A DNA stretch of 47,745 nt from Nemertoderma westbladi (taxonomy: Eukaryota; Animalia; Xenacoelomorpha), in contig JAUCBJ010003197.1 in the NCBI GenBank assembly GCA_032718475.1, positions 1-47,745 of the forward strand, read 5' to 3'. The notes beneath the pieces are model-generated. The model was not told the origin of the DNA. It worked only from the letters and a program-made list of their open reading frames with translations, and made no database searches. Shown here one piece after another: positions 10,026 to 22,114 of this stretch. Position 1 is the first letter of the stretch; each line of letters begins with the position of its first letter. The translations under genes and the position numbers were made by a program.

Positions 10026-12473
10026 GGGCTGTTGCCCTGTCAGTCAGAGAGGTAACAGCCCATGGGGTAAGGATTTACCCATGGGGCGCTAACTATCAGA
10101 TAGTCTGATACCAACTGTCAGACAGTCTTTTTCAACTATCAGATAGATGATCGCCCAGTTCTGCAGTTACAAGTTGCCCTCAGTTGTATTTTTTAAACCC
10201 CGAGTGTTGTTGACGGAGTCTGCTGGTCTGTTACTTCCGAAATCGTTGATCGTGGTGCCCGTGCCGGAATTCTGGCTTTGATTAAAAACACTGAACTGCT
10301 GAACGATGGCGGAATCTACGAAACCCGGCCGGATTCCTAATCCGAGGAGGCGACGGAGTCAATTAAACGTAAACAATGAAACGATCGCGATGGACAACGG
10401 AATGTCTATTCAATCCATAACGATACATGGCGATGGAGTCTATTACAGTATTAAACACGCAACCAAAGCGATCACACGATGGCGAGGTAATCTACAAAAC
10501 ACAGAATGACAGGAAGGCGACGGAGTTTATTAAACCCAGTAAGATGGTGCATAGCGAAGCGATCGAGATGGATAACGGAGTCTATTACAGTATTAAACCT
10601 GGAACGAAGACGGTGGAGTCTGTGTTCCAGGCCTAACTAAACCTGGAACAATGCGAACAAGGCTACCGGTACTGTAAAGTTAGACTAGACTGGTTTGTGA
10701 GATTAACTTGCCAATACTAACTCAATACAATTTGCTTTCTTCGAATTCCTAATAATATATTTTAATCTTAATAATAATTATTCAACATCAATTATTTTAT
10801 AAGTCTTGTCAATGTATAAGATTGCTAAAGACTAAAGAGCTAACTTTAGGATAATCGGCCTTATATTTTTAGAATTATTATAATTAATTTTGTTATGTTT
10901 ATAATGAATTGTATCTTTTGACAGACTACTTGATGCGCGACCGTGATAATAAAATTAAATGGTGCCGAAATATTTTCACTTAACTGCAGGTAGGGGGGGG
11001 GGGGGGGGGGGGCAATCAATATTCTTCCCTCTCCAGGTGAAAATCGACGCAAATAACAGCTTGTTTACTACTAAAATAAAACTGCATCCTGTTCTATAGG
11101 AAAAAACATTATAGGGGAAACTTTAGCAAGTTGTGTTTATTTTAGCCGATAGACAAGATTACATGTTTACCAAGTTTGGTATAATTTAGTCAAAGATTGA
11201 ATGAATTACGATTTTAAATTATCAGTGGAGGGTGAAGGCGGCGGGCCAGGATTCAGTTTTACTTGAATAAAGAATAGTGATTAAACCAAGGGATACGCGA
11301 TATATGACACTGCTGTATTGATTTCGAAACATTTAATTCAAAACTATATAAATGTTAATATAATTTTGGATTTTTTTTTGGAATAATTAACAGATGAATT
11401 ATATTTCATTAATTTATTTTTTTTATCTAATCACATTATTAAATAACGAAGCACAGAAATAATACTAAGATTGAATTGAAGGTACAGTACCGAATTGAAT
11501 ATTTGAGATTGCATAAGATAGAGTATTGAATATCTTCGGCCGTCATCCCGTTGGTGACTCCATTGGCAACCATTTCGACAGTTTCGGCTCTTCAGTCCCC
11601 GAATAGACCAATGGTCGGCGTGGTTGCTGTCCCCATGACTGAGGCTGCATTACCAACCAAAATTGCCATCTCCAGGCGCTGGAGCAGAAACTGGCGTGAC
11701 TGCGGTTCGTGGGTGGCACTGTGGAGACGAGCCCCGATCTCCCGGGGGAAGGTGGATGTCTCTGGACCGGGGCGGCCAAAGGTCTCAAAGCAACGGGGTG
11801 AAAGAAATGGCCCCGGTCCATTAGGTCGCGATACTTAGAGTTTTTAATGCGCTCCGCCCCCAGCCCCCTCAGCTGAGTGCCCCCCGGCAATGATGGTTTG
11901 TTGAAGGTGGCTGGGGGCCAGTGGATCTAGTAATAATTATCGCAAAGATATGATAAGGTAGGCCTACGTGATATTAGTTTCTCAAACCAAAGCTATCCAT
12001 CCATTGACGTCCAAATATATCCAATTTCTCAATCCATACTAATCAGTATGTAATAATGTACACTGTAATGCAATAATGTCAATGTCCAACCAAACAATGA
12101 GTTGAGTGTTATCGGACCAGCCTCCGAGAAATGTTAGGCTAACGGCACCTCGCTCTGTCGCATCAGTTTTTGTAGTGGTCTAGTCTAGTTCCAGGCTACC
12201 AGAATCCGTTAGTGGATGATATAGAATCAGCACATCCTGACATCTGTGCAACTCCTGAACTCAGGCGAGCATTTTACAGATGGTGGTCTAATTTATATGG
12301 TGTTGTACCGCGAAACCGTGTATTATTTACAGATGTAGGCTAAATTTTGGGTCTTGTACCGTGCACAGTACTGGTGGGCCTACACAGCTACTGCTATTTT
12401 GCCTAATACAGGTCCCAGAGGTAAATCCTTACCCCAAGGGCTGTTACCTCTCTGACTGACAGCGCAACAGCCC
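10026..12473. mobile_element. TIR element with ~60-bp inverted termini and nested fragments
   Basis: 10026-10085 (GGGCTGTTGCCCTGTCAGTCAGAGAGGTAACAGCCC...) is the near-perfect reverse complement of 12414-12473. No clear TSD; degenerate internal repeats at 10300-10640. Confidence 0.78.
11592..11858 (-). pseudogene. 3' fragment of a CRE-clade-like (restriction-like endonuclease) non-LTR retrotransposon
   Basis: With one frameshift it reads AERIKNSKYRDLMDRGHFFHPVA/ETFGRPGPETSTFPREIGARLHSATHEPQSRQFLLQRLEMAILVGNAASVMGT...*, the AE-x2-K-x2-KY...F-x-P-x-A-x-ET-x-G...QRL...GNAA pattern. Confidence 0.8.
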
Positions 12474-13319
12474 TTTGACTGCTACCGCTTGTTAGTAGTA
12501 TTGTTACGCTAGTCTGTTAATCCACTAGCTCGTATATAAACCATATAAATCACACCGCGGCAAGTTTACGGTATTTAGGTCCGTTAGCGATAGTTAGGAT
12601 TCTCTGCGCGGGGATTGTTTTCCCGTGAGTTTGGTCTGTCACCGTAGACTGTACATCTGCCTCACCGGTTAGAGGCCGGGTATCCTGTTTTGTCTAGTTC
12701 GCCCGGGCATTTGACTCGCCCACGTATTAGAATAGACACCAGGCTCCGTTCCTCGCCAGTAGTAGTTTGCGTATTTAGTATCTGTTTATTTAGACACCCT
12801 GGACTGGGATTTATTGTCAGATACTGTACGAGCCCATATACACTACTAGATCTTACAGTAAGATACATCGTTACTAGGATCCGGTAGGCGGTATACTACT
12901 GGACATTTCATGGCATATAAAGCCCATACAGCCAGCCGTATGTTGGAGGCCTATTAATTATATCTATAATCCATGCTGTAATTATTTTTAACCCCTCCAC
13001 CCTTATTATCACTGTGTAGTGTGCACTGTACTATAGGCCGGACCTCCATTGGAATTGTATGCTTTGAATACTTTAACACTTACTTGACAAGCAGTCACAT
13101 GTATATGTATACATGTACACAGTAGTAAGGGGCTTTACTGGACCAATTAAGTTTCGTAGGTTAGATTTAGTATTTTGGTTAGGGTTAGTTGTATTGTCAT
13201 TCATCTTTAAGTTCAAATTATATGTATGTGTAGCAATCTCACTGAAAAGTTTATAACTATCACTTATCGGAATAATGTAATAATTAACGATTTAATGTGT
13301 TTATAAATGATAAAATCGC

Positions 13320-13734
13320 ACGTGTCCCGCACTTTACAGTGAAATGTCCCACACTTTACATGTATTTTCTTCACCTAAACTACTCCTCTGTTTCATTGAT
13401 GTTACCTGCCAGCTTACTAAAGGCTAATTTATTTTCTCTACATACATTTTCCCTAACTTTACGCAATTATTGCTGAACGCTGAACTTTAGCAATGAAATT
13501 GACAGTTGAGAATTTTAATTTCGTATGCGTCCCACACTTTATAATTTTTTGAAGCCAGAATTCTCATACATAAACTGCTGCAGGTTTTCCAAACTACTTT
13601 TTTATACTAAAGCGATAATTCGTTTTTCTTTGAAACACAAGCATTATAATATTTTAGTACATTTTCTTGATGTACAGTACTAAAGTATGCACAAAAAGTC
13701 GTACGAATGTCCCGCACTTTACATGGAATGAGCC
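13320..13734. mobile_element. One end of a DNA transposon (terminus ...ATGGAATGAGCC) with repeated subterminal motif
   Basis: GTCCC(G/A)CACTTTA occurs at ~13324, 13346, 13529 and 13709; the opposite TIR was not found. Confidence 0.4.
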
Positions 13735-13749
13735 TAGTTCAATTGCTTG

Positions 13750-14210
13750 TGACAACATTTTTCTCGCGTTTTAGAGGTTTATGGCGGTTCTGAATTAAAT
13801 GGAATAAATAATTATCTAACTAGACATCTCAAACTAGTATTTTTCAGAAGTGGGTGCTAAATTTGGTGCTAGCACCAAATTTTGAAAACTATCAAATATA
13901 TAAATTGATTGTGTCACAGTGTTTCATGCGTTATACGGGTTTGTGAGGGTTCTGAATTCAATGGAATAAGTAAAATTTGCATAAAAGTTTTCAAACTTGT
14001 ATTTTTCGCCAGTGGGTGAAAATTGTTGTGCCAGCACCAAATTTTTGAAAATAAGAAAATAGATCAATAGATAGTATCATCTTGTTTCTTGCGTTATATG
14101 GGTTTATGGGGGTCCTGAATCCGATGGAATCAATAAAAACCGCACTGGACATCTCAAACCTGTACTTTTTGGTGATGGATGCGAAATTTGGTGCTAGCAC
14201 CAAAATTTGC
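13750..14210. repeat. Three degenerate ~162-bp tandem units with the palindrome TTTGGTGCTAGCACCAAA
   Basis: Anchor GCGTT at ~13766, 13928 and 14091; palindrome perfect at ~13862 and ~14186, degenerate at ~14025. Confidence 0.75.
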
Positions 14211-14907
14211 CATAGTACGCCGAAAAATACGAATAGCAATGATCTGGCAAATTAGAAATGTATTCCATTAGAATCAGCGCCCCAGAAAACCTAAAAATGT
14301 GATTTTATAGCATCGTATAAGTGAATTTAAAATTTTGTGTTCAAACTGAAAAGTGCTGGTTACTTGTTTTTTTCATTTTTTGCCTACGTAGAGGACTTGA
14401 GAACAGTCATTTATACTAATCAGATTATTTTTAGATATTTTCCTATGGATTTTACGCACCAGAAAATCTGTATTGAAAAATAATTAGCCGAAAATTGTAA
14501 GTTTCAAATTTTATGAAAATTGTTCACTACTTGTAATTTTGGTGCTGAAAAATAACCACCCCAGTATTGTTTTTCGAAATTTTTTTTTTCGGTCGGATTC
14601 AGACTAGTGAAATCTACGTACAAACAAAAAATCAAACGTTTTTGTTAAAAACGTCTGGTCACAAAATAACTAGCATAAAACATTCCACCACAGGAACTGA
14701 TCAAAATGACATGTTGTTCAATATGCTAAACCAGGTTGTTTAGGGCTATAGTCAACCCAATACTCGTTTCCTTCATTAGCCTCGTTGTGCTCGTCCTGAA
14801 GACCCCACGCAAATTCTATTAGGAAAAGTTATAAAGTTTTACAACATGTTTACCAAGTTTGGTTAGATGTCATCAAGGATTATTCAAGTTATTTACGCTT
14901 AAAAATC

Positions 14908-17900
14908 CGGATCTACAGATCTACAGAACAACATATCTACAAAACGACAGATCTACAGAACGACTGATCTACAGAACGACAGATCCACAGAGCGACTGAT
15001 CTACAGAACGACTGATCTACAGAACGACTGATCTACAGAACGACAGATCCACAGAGCGACTGATCTACAGAACGACAGATCTACAGAACGACTGATCTAC
15101 AGAACGACTGATCTACAGAACGACAGATCTACAGAACGACAGATCTACAGAACGACAGAACGACGGATCTACAGAACGACAGATCTACAGAACGACAGAT
15201 CTACAGAACGACAGATCTACAGAGCGACTGATCTACAGAACGACGGATCTACAGAACGACAGATCTACAAAACGACAGATCTACAGAACGACGGATCTAC
15301 AGAACGACGGATCTACAGAACGACGGATCTACAGAACGACGGATCTACAGAGCGACTGATCTACAGAACGACGGATCTACAGAACGACAGATCTACAAAA
15401 CGACAGATCTACAGAACGACAGATCTACAGAACGACGGATCTACAGAACGACGGATCTACAGAACGACGGATCTACAGAACGACGGATCTACAGAACGAC
15501 AGATCTACAAAACGACAGATCTACAGAACGACAGATCTACAGAATGACGGATCTACAGAACGACAGATCTACAGAACGACAGATCTACAGAACGACTGAT
15601 CTACAGAATGACTGATCTACAGAACGACTGATCTACAGAACGACAGATCTACAGAACGACAGATCCACAGAGCGACTGATCTACAGAACGACAGATCTAC
15701 AGAACGACTGATCTACAGAACGACTGATCTACAGAACGACTGATCTACAGAACGACTGATCTACAGAACGACAGATCTACAGAACGACGGATCTACAGAA
15801 CGACGGATCTACAGAACGACAGAATGACGGATCTACAGAACGACTGATCTACAGAACGACTGATCTACAGAACGACTGATCTACAGACGACAGATCCACA
15901 GAGCGACTGATCAACAGAACGAAAGATCTACAGAACGACAGATCCACAGAGCGACTGATCTACAGAACAACAGATCTACAGAACGACTGATCTACAGAAC
16001 GACTGATCTACAGAACGACTGATCTACAGAACGACAGATCCACAGAGCGACTGATCTACAGAACGGAAGATCTACAGAACGACAGATCCACAGAGCGACT
16101 GATCTACAGAACGACAGATCTACAGAATGACTGATCTACAGAACGACTGATCTACAGAACGACTGATCTACAGAACGACAGATCTACAGAACGACTGATC
16201 TACAGAACGACTGATCTACAGAACGACAGATCTACAGAACGACTGATCTAGAGAACGCCAGATCCACAGAGCGACTGATCTACAGAACGACTGATCTACA
16301 GAACGACTGATCTACAGAACGACAGATCCACAGAGCGACTGATCTACAGAACGACAGATCTACAGAACGACTGATCTACAGAACGACTGATCTACAGAAC
16401 GACAGATTTACAGAGCGACTGATCTACAGAACGACAGATCTACAGAACGACTGATCTACAGAACGACTGATCTACAGAACGACTGATCTACAGAACGACT
16501 GATCTACAGAACGACAGATCTACAGAACGACAGATCTACAGAACGACGGATCTACAGAACGACGGATCTACAGAACGACAGAATGACGGATCTACAGAAC
16601 GACTGATCTACAGAACGACTGATCTACAGAACGACAGATCCACAGAGCGACTGATCTACAGAACAACAGATCTACAGAACGACTGATCTACAGAACGACT
16701 GATCTACAGAACGACTGATCTACAGAACGACAGATCTACAGAACGACTGATCTACAGAACGACTGATCTACAGAACGACTGATCTACAGAACGACAGATC
16801 TACAGAACGACGGATCTACAGAACGACGGATCTACAGAACGACAGAATGACGGATCTACAGAACGACTGATCTACAGAACGACTGATCTACAGAACGACA
16901 GATCCACAGAGCGACTGATCTACAGAACAACAGATCTACAGAACGACTGATCTACAGAACGACTGATCTACAGAACGACTGATCTACAGAACGACAGATC
17001 CACGGAGCGACTGATCTACAGAACGGAAGATCTACAGAACGACAGATCCACAGAGCGACTGATCTACAGAACGACAGATCTACAGAACGACAGATCTACA
17101 GAACGACAGATCTACAGAACGACAGATCTACAGAATGACTGATCTACAGAACGACAGATCTACAGAACGACTGATCTACAGAACGACTGATCTACAGAAC
17201 GACAGATCTACAAAACGACTGATCTACAGAACGACATATATACAGATCTACAGAACGACATATCTACAGAACAACATATCTACAGAACGACGGATCTACA
17301 GAACGACGGATCTACTGAACGACAGAACGACAGATCTACAGAACGAAAGATCTACAGAACGACAGATCCACAGAGCGACTGATCTACAGAACGACTAATC
17401 TACAGAACGACTGATCTACAGAACGACAGATCTACAGAACAGAAGATCTACAGAATGACGGATCTACAGAATGACAGATCTACAGAACGACAGATCTACA
17501 GAACGACGGATCTACAGAACGACGGATCTACAGAAAGACAGAACGACAGATCTACAGAACGACAGATCTACAGAACGACAGATCTACAGAATGACAGATC
17601 TACAGAACGACAGATCTACAGAACGACAGATCCACAGAACGACAGATCCACAGAGCGACTGATCTACAGAACGACGAATCTACAGAACGATGGATCTACA
17701 GAACGATGGATCTACAGAATGATGGATCTACAGAACGACAGAACGACGGATCTACAGAACGACGGATCTACAGAACGACAGATCTACAGAACGACATATC
17801 TACAGAACGACGGATCTACAGAAAGACAGAACGACAGATCTACAGAACGAAAGATCTACAGAACGACAGATCTACAGAACGACAGATCCACAGAACGACA

Positions 17901-19313
17901 GATCCACAGAGCGACTGATCTACAGAACGACGGATCTACAGAACGACAGATCTACAGAACAACAGATCTACAGAATAACAGATCCACAGAGCGACTGATC
18001 TACAGAACGACAGATCTACAGAACGACAGATCTACAGAATGACAGATCTACAGAACGACAGATCTACAGAACGACAGATCTACAGAACGACAGATCCACA
18101 GAACGACAGATCCACAGAGCGACTGATCTACAGAACGACGGATCTACAGAACGACAGATCCACAGAGCGACTGATCTACAGAACGACGGATCTACAGAAC
18201 GACAGATCCACAGAGCGACTGATCTACAGAACGACGGATCTACAGAACGACAGATCTACAGAATGACAGATCTACAGAACGACAGATCTACAGAACGACA
18301 GATCCACAGAACGACAGATCCACAGAGCGACTGATCTACAGAACGACAGATCTACAGAACGACAGATCTACAGAATGACAGATCTATAGAACGACAGATC
18401 TACAGAACGACAGATCCACAGAACGACAGATCCACAGAGCGACTGATCTACAGAACGACGGATCTACAGAACGACAGATCTACAGAATGACAGATCTACA
18501 GAACGACAGATCTACAGAACGACAGATCCACAGAACGACAGATCCACAGAGCGACTGATCTACAGTACGACGGATCTACAGAACGACAGATCTACAGAAA
18601 GACAGATCCACAGAGCGACTGATCTAGAGAACGACAGATCTACAGAACGGTTAATCTACAGAACGACTGATCTACAGAACGACAGAACCACAGAGCGACT
18701 GATCTACAGAACGGAAGATCTACAGAACGACAGATCTACAGAATGACGGATCTACAGAACGACAGATCTACAGAACGACAGATCCACAGAGCGACTGATC
18801 TACAGAACGACGGATCTACAGAACGACAGATCTACAAAACGACTGATCTACAGAACGACAGATCTACAAAACGACTGATCTACAGAACGACATATATACA
18901 GATCTACAGAACGACATATCTACAGAACAACATATCTACAGAACGACGGATCTACAGAACGACGGATCTACTGAACGACAGAACGACAGATCTACAGAAC
19001 GAAAGATCTACAGAACGACAGATCCACAGAGCGACTGATCTACAGAACGACTAATCTACAGAACGACATATCTACAGAACAACATATCTACAGAACGACG
19101 GATCTACAGAACGACGGATCTACTGAACGACAGAACGACAGATCTACAGAACGACAGATCTACAGAACGACAGATCTACAGAACGACAGATCTACAGAAC
19201 GACAGATCTACAGAACAGAAGATCTACAGAATGACGGATCTACAGAATGACAGATCTACAGAACGACAGATCCACAGAGCGACTGATCTACAGAACGACA
19301 GAATGACGGATCT
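14908..19313 (+). repeat. 16-bp satellite (ACAGATCTACAGAACG)n, left arm, ~4.4 kb
   Basis: Directly visible tandem array with recurrent variants (ACTG, ACGG, AATG, ATCC-ACAG-AGCG). Confidence 0.99.
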
Positions 19314-19968
19314 TGTCACGGCTTTCGGCGTCCTTACCCCCTCAAAAAACGTAAAAAATATCTTAGATATTTCATTCATTATCATTATCTTCATTAACAT
19401 TCAAATTTCCCGCCAACACTAATAATTTGATACATTCTTCACTCTGTCACCTATAAATACTGGACGTACTGCTATTTCATTCATTCATTCATTCATTCTG
19501 ATGAATAGAATCACACGGACATCAGACTTTCTGCTCTGTGTCCACCAGCTACTGCGTCTGTCAGTAGCTACTTTATCCTTTATCTGTTTCTAGCAGTCTC
19601 TTAGACACCCGTCTATGCGGCTGTATAAACGCCAGTATTTCTTTTGAACTGTGCGTGTGCGTTCCATTTTCACCACTACACTGCATGATTATTGTCATCC
19701 GTTTTTGGCTCATATCGCATTTAGTGACATGCCTGATTTAGGAAATAAATAAACTGAAGGTTTTATAATAAAGAATATTTATTTTAAAGGCCATTGGCAA
19801 TTAACGTTTACATGCTCAGGTGATGAAATTACGCCAAGCGCGCCAGCACGGTAGAATACGGGCTGACGGGCGTTAGTATTACAGCCGCCAAATGAAGGTT
19901 TTACCGGCAAAGCCTCATAAAATAACCAAAAGCGACCCAAACCGCTTTCCCACTGTTTAGCCGGGACA
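19314..19968 (+). repeat. 5' LTR, 655 bp
   Basis: Ends TGTCACGGCT...AGCCGGGACA (9/10 inverted match). TATAAA at ~19452, (TCAT)n initiator-like run at ~19477, AATAAA at 19744 and 19748. No direct-repeat partner in the window, so the boundary rests on these signals and on the inverted copy ending at the same point. Confidence 0.82.
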
Positions 19969-20389
19969 GTTTTGTTCAAAAGAAATAATCTAAAATTTCT
20001 AAATCATTTTTTTTATTAATAACGTATCGGTATTATAAAAGAAATACTGCGCTTTTACTGCTGTCTGGCTGTAGCCGTACTGACTGCAATTTATGGTTAT
20101 TGCACATGCACATAGGCCTGGGCCTATGCTTTTTTCTGTTCTCCTTCACAAGCCCTAACGCCTCTGCCAGTCTGTTACCACCTTACCGCCTGCTGACATT
20201 GCAGCATTCAGGCATTGACAGCAGGTTCAGTAAATTAGGCCTAGAGTAGGCTGTCTGGTAGCAGCAGCAGTGGTAGTCTGGTAGTGGTAGGTAGGCAATA
20301 GGCAGATAGGCTACTGCTACACGTTAGGCCAACAGGCCTGCGTATATATCGTGGTATTTACGGACGCGGGCGCGTCTATATCTAACATC

Positions 20390-22114
20390 ATGGATGAAAC
20401 TCTGGTCAATCCGAACATTTCGGACGGTTCGGAAAACGGTATCATCGACGACAGCCAAGCCTATCATGATCCGGATCCGGCGAGAATAGGTGTAAGTACA
20501 ACCGACCATCTCCAGCTCCACTCCACTGCCATTAACATTCACTCTGACAATGACGACAGTAGACCGACAAACCCAACAGGTAGCGGTAGGCAAAGAAATC
20601 CTGTAGTTAGGCCTACCTCCGACACTGTACCGGTACGCCAAAGGGTTTCTGCTACCGGTGTGCCTACTTCCGGTACCGGTAGGCCTACTTCCGGTACCGG
20701 TAGGCCTACTTCCGGTACCGGTGGGCCTACTTCCGGTAATGCAAAAATGCAGGGCCAAAGCTTACTGGTGGTGCCCAATTTACAGACAATAAAAGGTACC
20801 ATCAGGGGTTATAAATCAAAATTCTCTAAAACATTTAATGAATTTATTTCACTTAAACAGAAAGCTCAAATTTCTGGTGCTGAAATGGATTCCAATATCG
20901 TACAAAGTTTATTTTCTTCTTGTCTGGACAGCTATAATAAAATGTTGTCTTCCTTTCAATCAAACGCTGATATATATAACGACATCAATATGCCCGAACC
21001 TGCGGAATATTTGCGTGCTCAGTATGTCATAGTGAATACCGAAATTATGTCCAAATTTCAGGAATTCAAACCATATATACACGAACCCGGTTTCTTGTCT
21101 TGGCAGCCTGCTATATCTGGCACTGCACCGCAAATCATCCCTGGTACCGGTATAAATAACCCGCCTAGGCCTAGTACCACTATCGTACAAACAGGTAGGC
21201 CTGTCACTCAAATTACTACTATTACTACTAGTGGTACAAATCCGTATTCTGTTTCTCAGAATGCGTTTGAATCTACCCAATTACCATTACAACCTAGTAG
21301 ACATAGAACACGTACACATTCTATGGCTGAAAGTGTACATTCAAACAGTTCTCATGTATCTTCTACAGCTACCCAGAGGTATAACAGGCTTAAGCAAAAA
21401 CATGCAATTGCTGAACTAGAGGCCAAACAAAATATAAGACGTGCTGAATTAGAGGCCAAAGACAAATTAGATCTATCTAAATTAAAATTGGAACAAGCCG
21501 AGCAGGAAATGGCTGAACGAAATCTAGTAGACTTCAAAGAGAAACCTGCAATTCCAAACCCCTTTATTCAGCCGGCGGGGCTTAAAACTGAAAACAATTT
21601 TTCAGCAATTAATACTGGCCCCAGCATGCCTAATATAATGTTTAATCCCGCTTCTACCCCCTGTTTATCACCAATTCTGCCACTGCCAAGTTTAGCTATT
21701 AGTAATAGGCCTATTATAGTTGGTAAGCATACTGATATTAATACCCCTGTAACTGTAGTGCCTACACCTTATTTTACACAGCAATCTATATATAGCCTTC
21801 CTAGCCTTAGTAACGCTTATAGTACTAGGATTGTCCCTAATGTAGTTAGTTATCCTAGACCTAGTGTTAATAATAGTAATACCAGTAGCAATATGTCAAT
21901 TACAACACCGTTGACTACTGAATTATTATCTAGTTACCATATCAATCATAATGTAGGTCGTGGCAACCACTCCCATCCATCCAACCCAATAAGTGGATAC
22001 AATTCTTTCTCAGGCCAGCCTACTGGGGATATAGATATTTATAGTATGTCCCCACATATCGCCATGGGGGGACCTTCTCAGCCAAAACATCCCTACCATA
22101 GTCAAGAGGGCTAG
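20390..22114 (+). CDS. gag: BEL/Pao gag-pol, N-terminal part up to the in-frame TAG
   Basis: ATG at 20390 in a good Kozak context (AACATCATGG). Contains PTSGTGR repeats, a predicted coiled-coil stretch (AELEAKQNIRRAELEAK) and S/T/P-rich linkers; same frame as the downstream ORF. Confidence 0.75.
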   Translation: MDETLVNPNISDGSENGIIDDSQAYHDPDPARIGVSTTDHLQLHSTAINIHSDNDDSRPTNPTGSGRQRNPVVRPTSDTVPVRQRVSATGVPTSGTGRPTSGTGRPTSGTGGPTSGNAKMQGQSLLVVPNLQTIKGTIRGYKSKFSKTFNEFISLKQKAQISGAEMDSNIVQSLFSSCLDSYNKMLSSFQSNADIYNDINMPEPAEYLRAQYVIVNTEIMSKFQEFKPYIHEPGFLSWQPAISGTAPQIIPGTGINNPPRPSTTIVQTGRPVTQITTITTSGTNPYSVSQNAFESTQLPLQPSRHRTRTHSMAESVHSNSSHVSSTATQRYNRLKQKHAIAELEAKQNIRRAELEAKDKLDLSKLKLEQAEQEMAERNLVDFKEKPAIPNPFIQPAGLKTENNFSAINTGPSMPNIMFNPASTPCLSPILPLPSLAISNRPIIVGKHTDINTPVTVVPTPYFTQQSIYSLPSLSNAYSTRIVPNVVSYPRPSVNNSNTSSNMSITTPLTTELLSSYHINHNVGRGNHSHPSNPISGYNSFSGQPTGDIDIYSMSPHIAMGGPSQPKHPYHSQEG

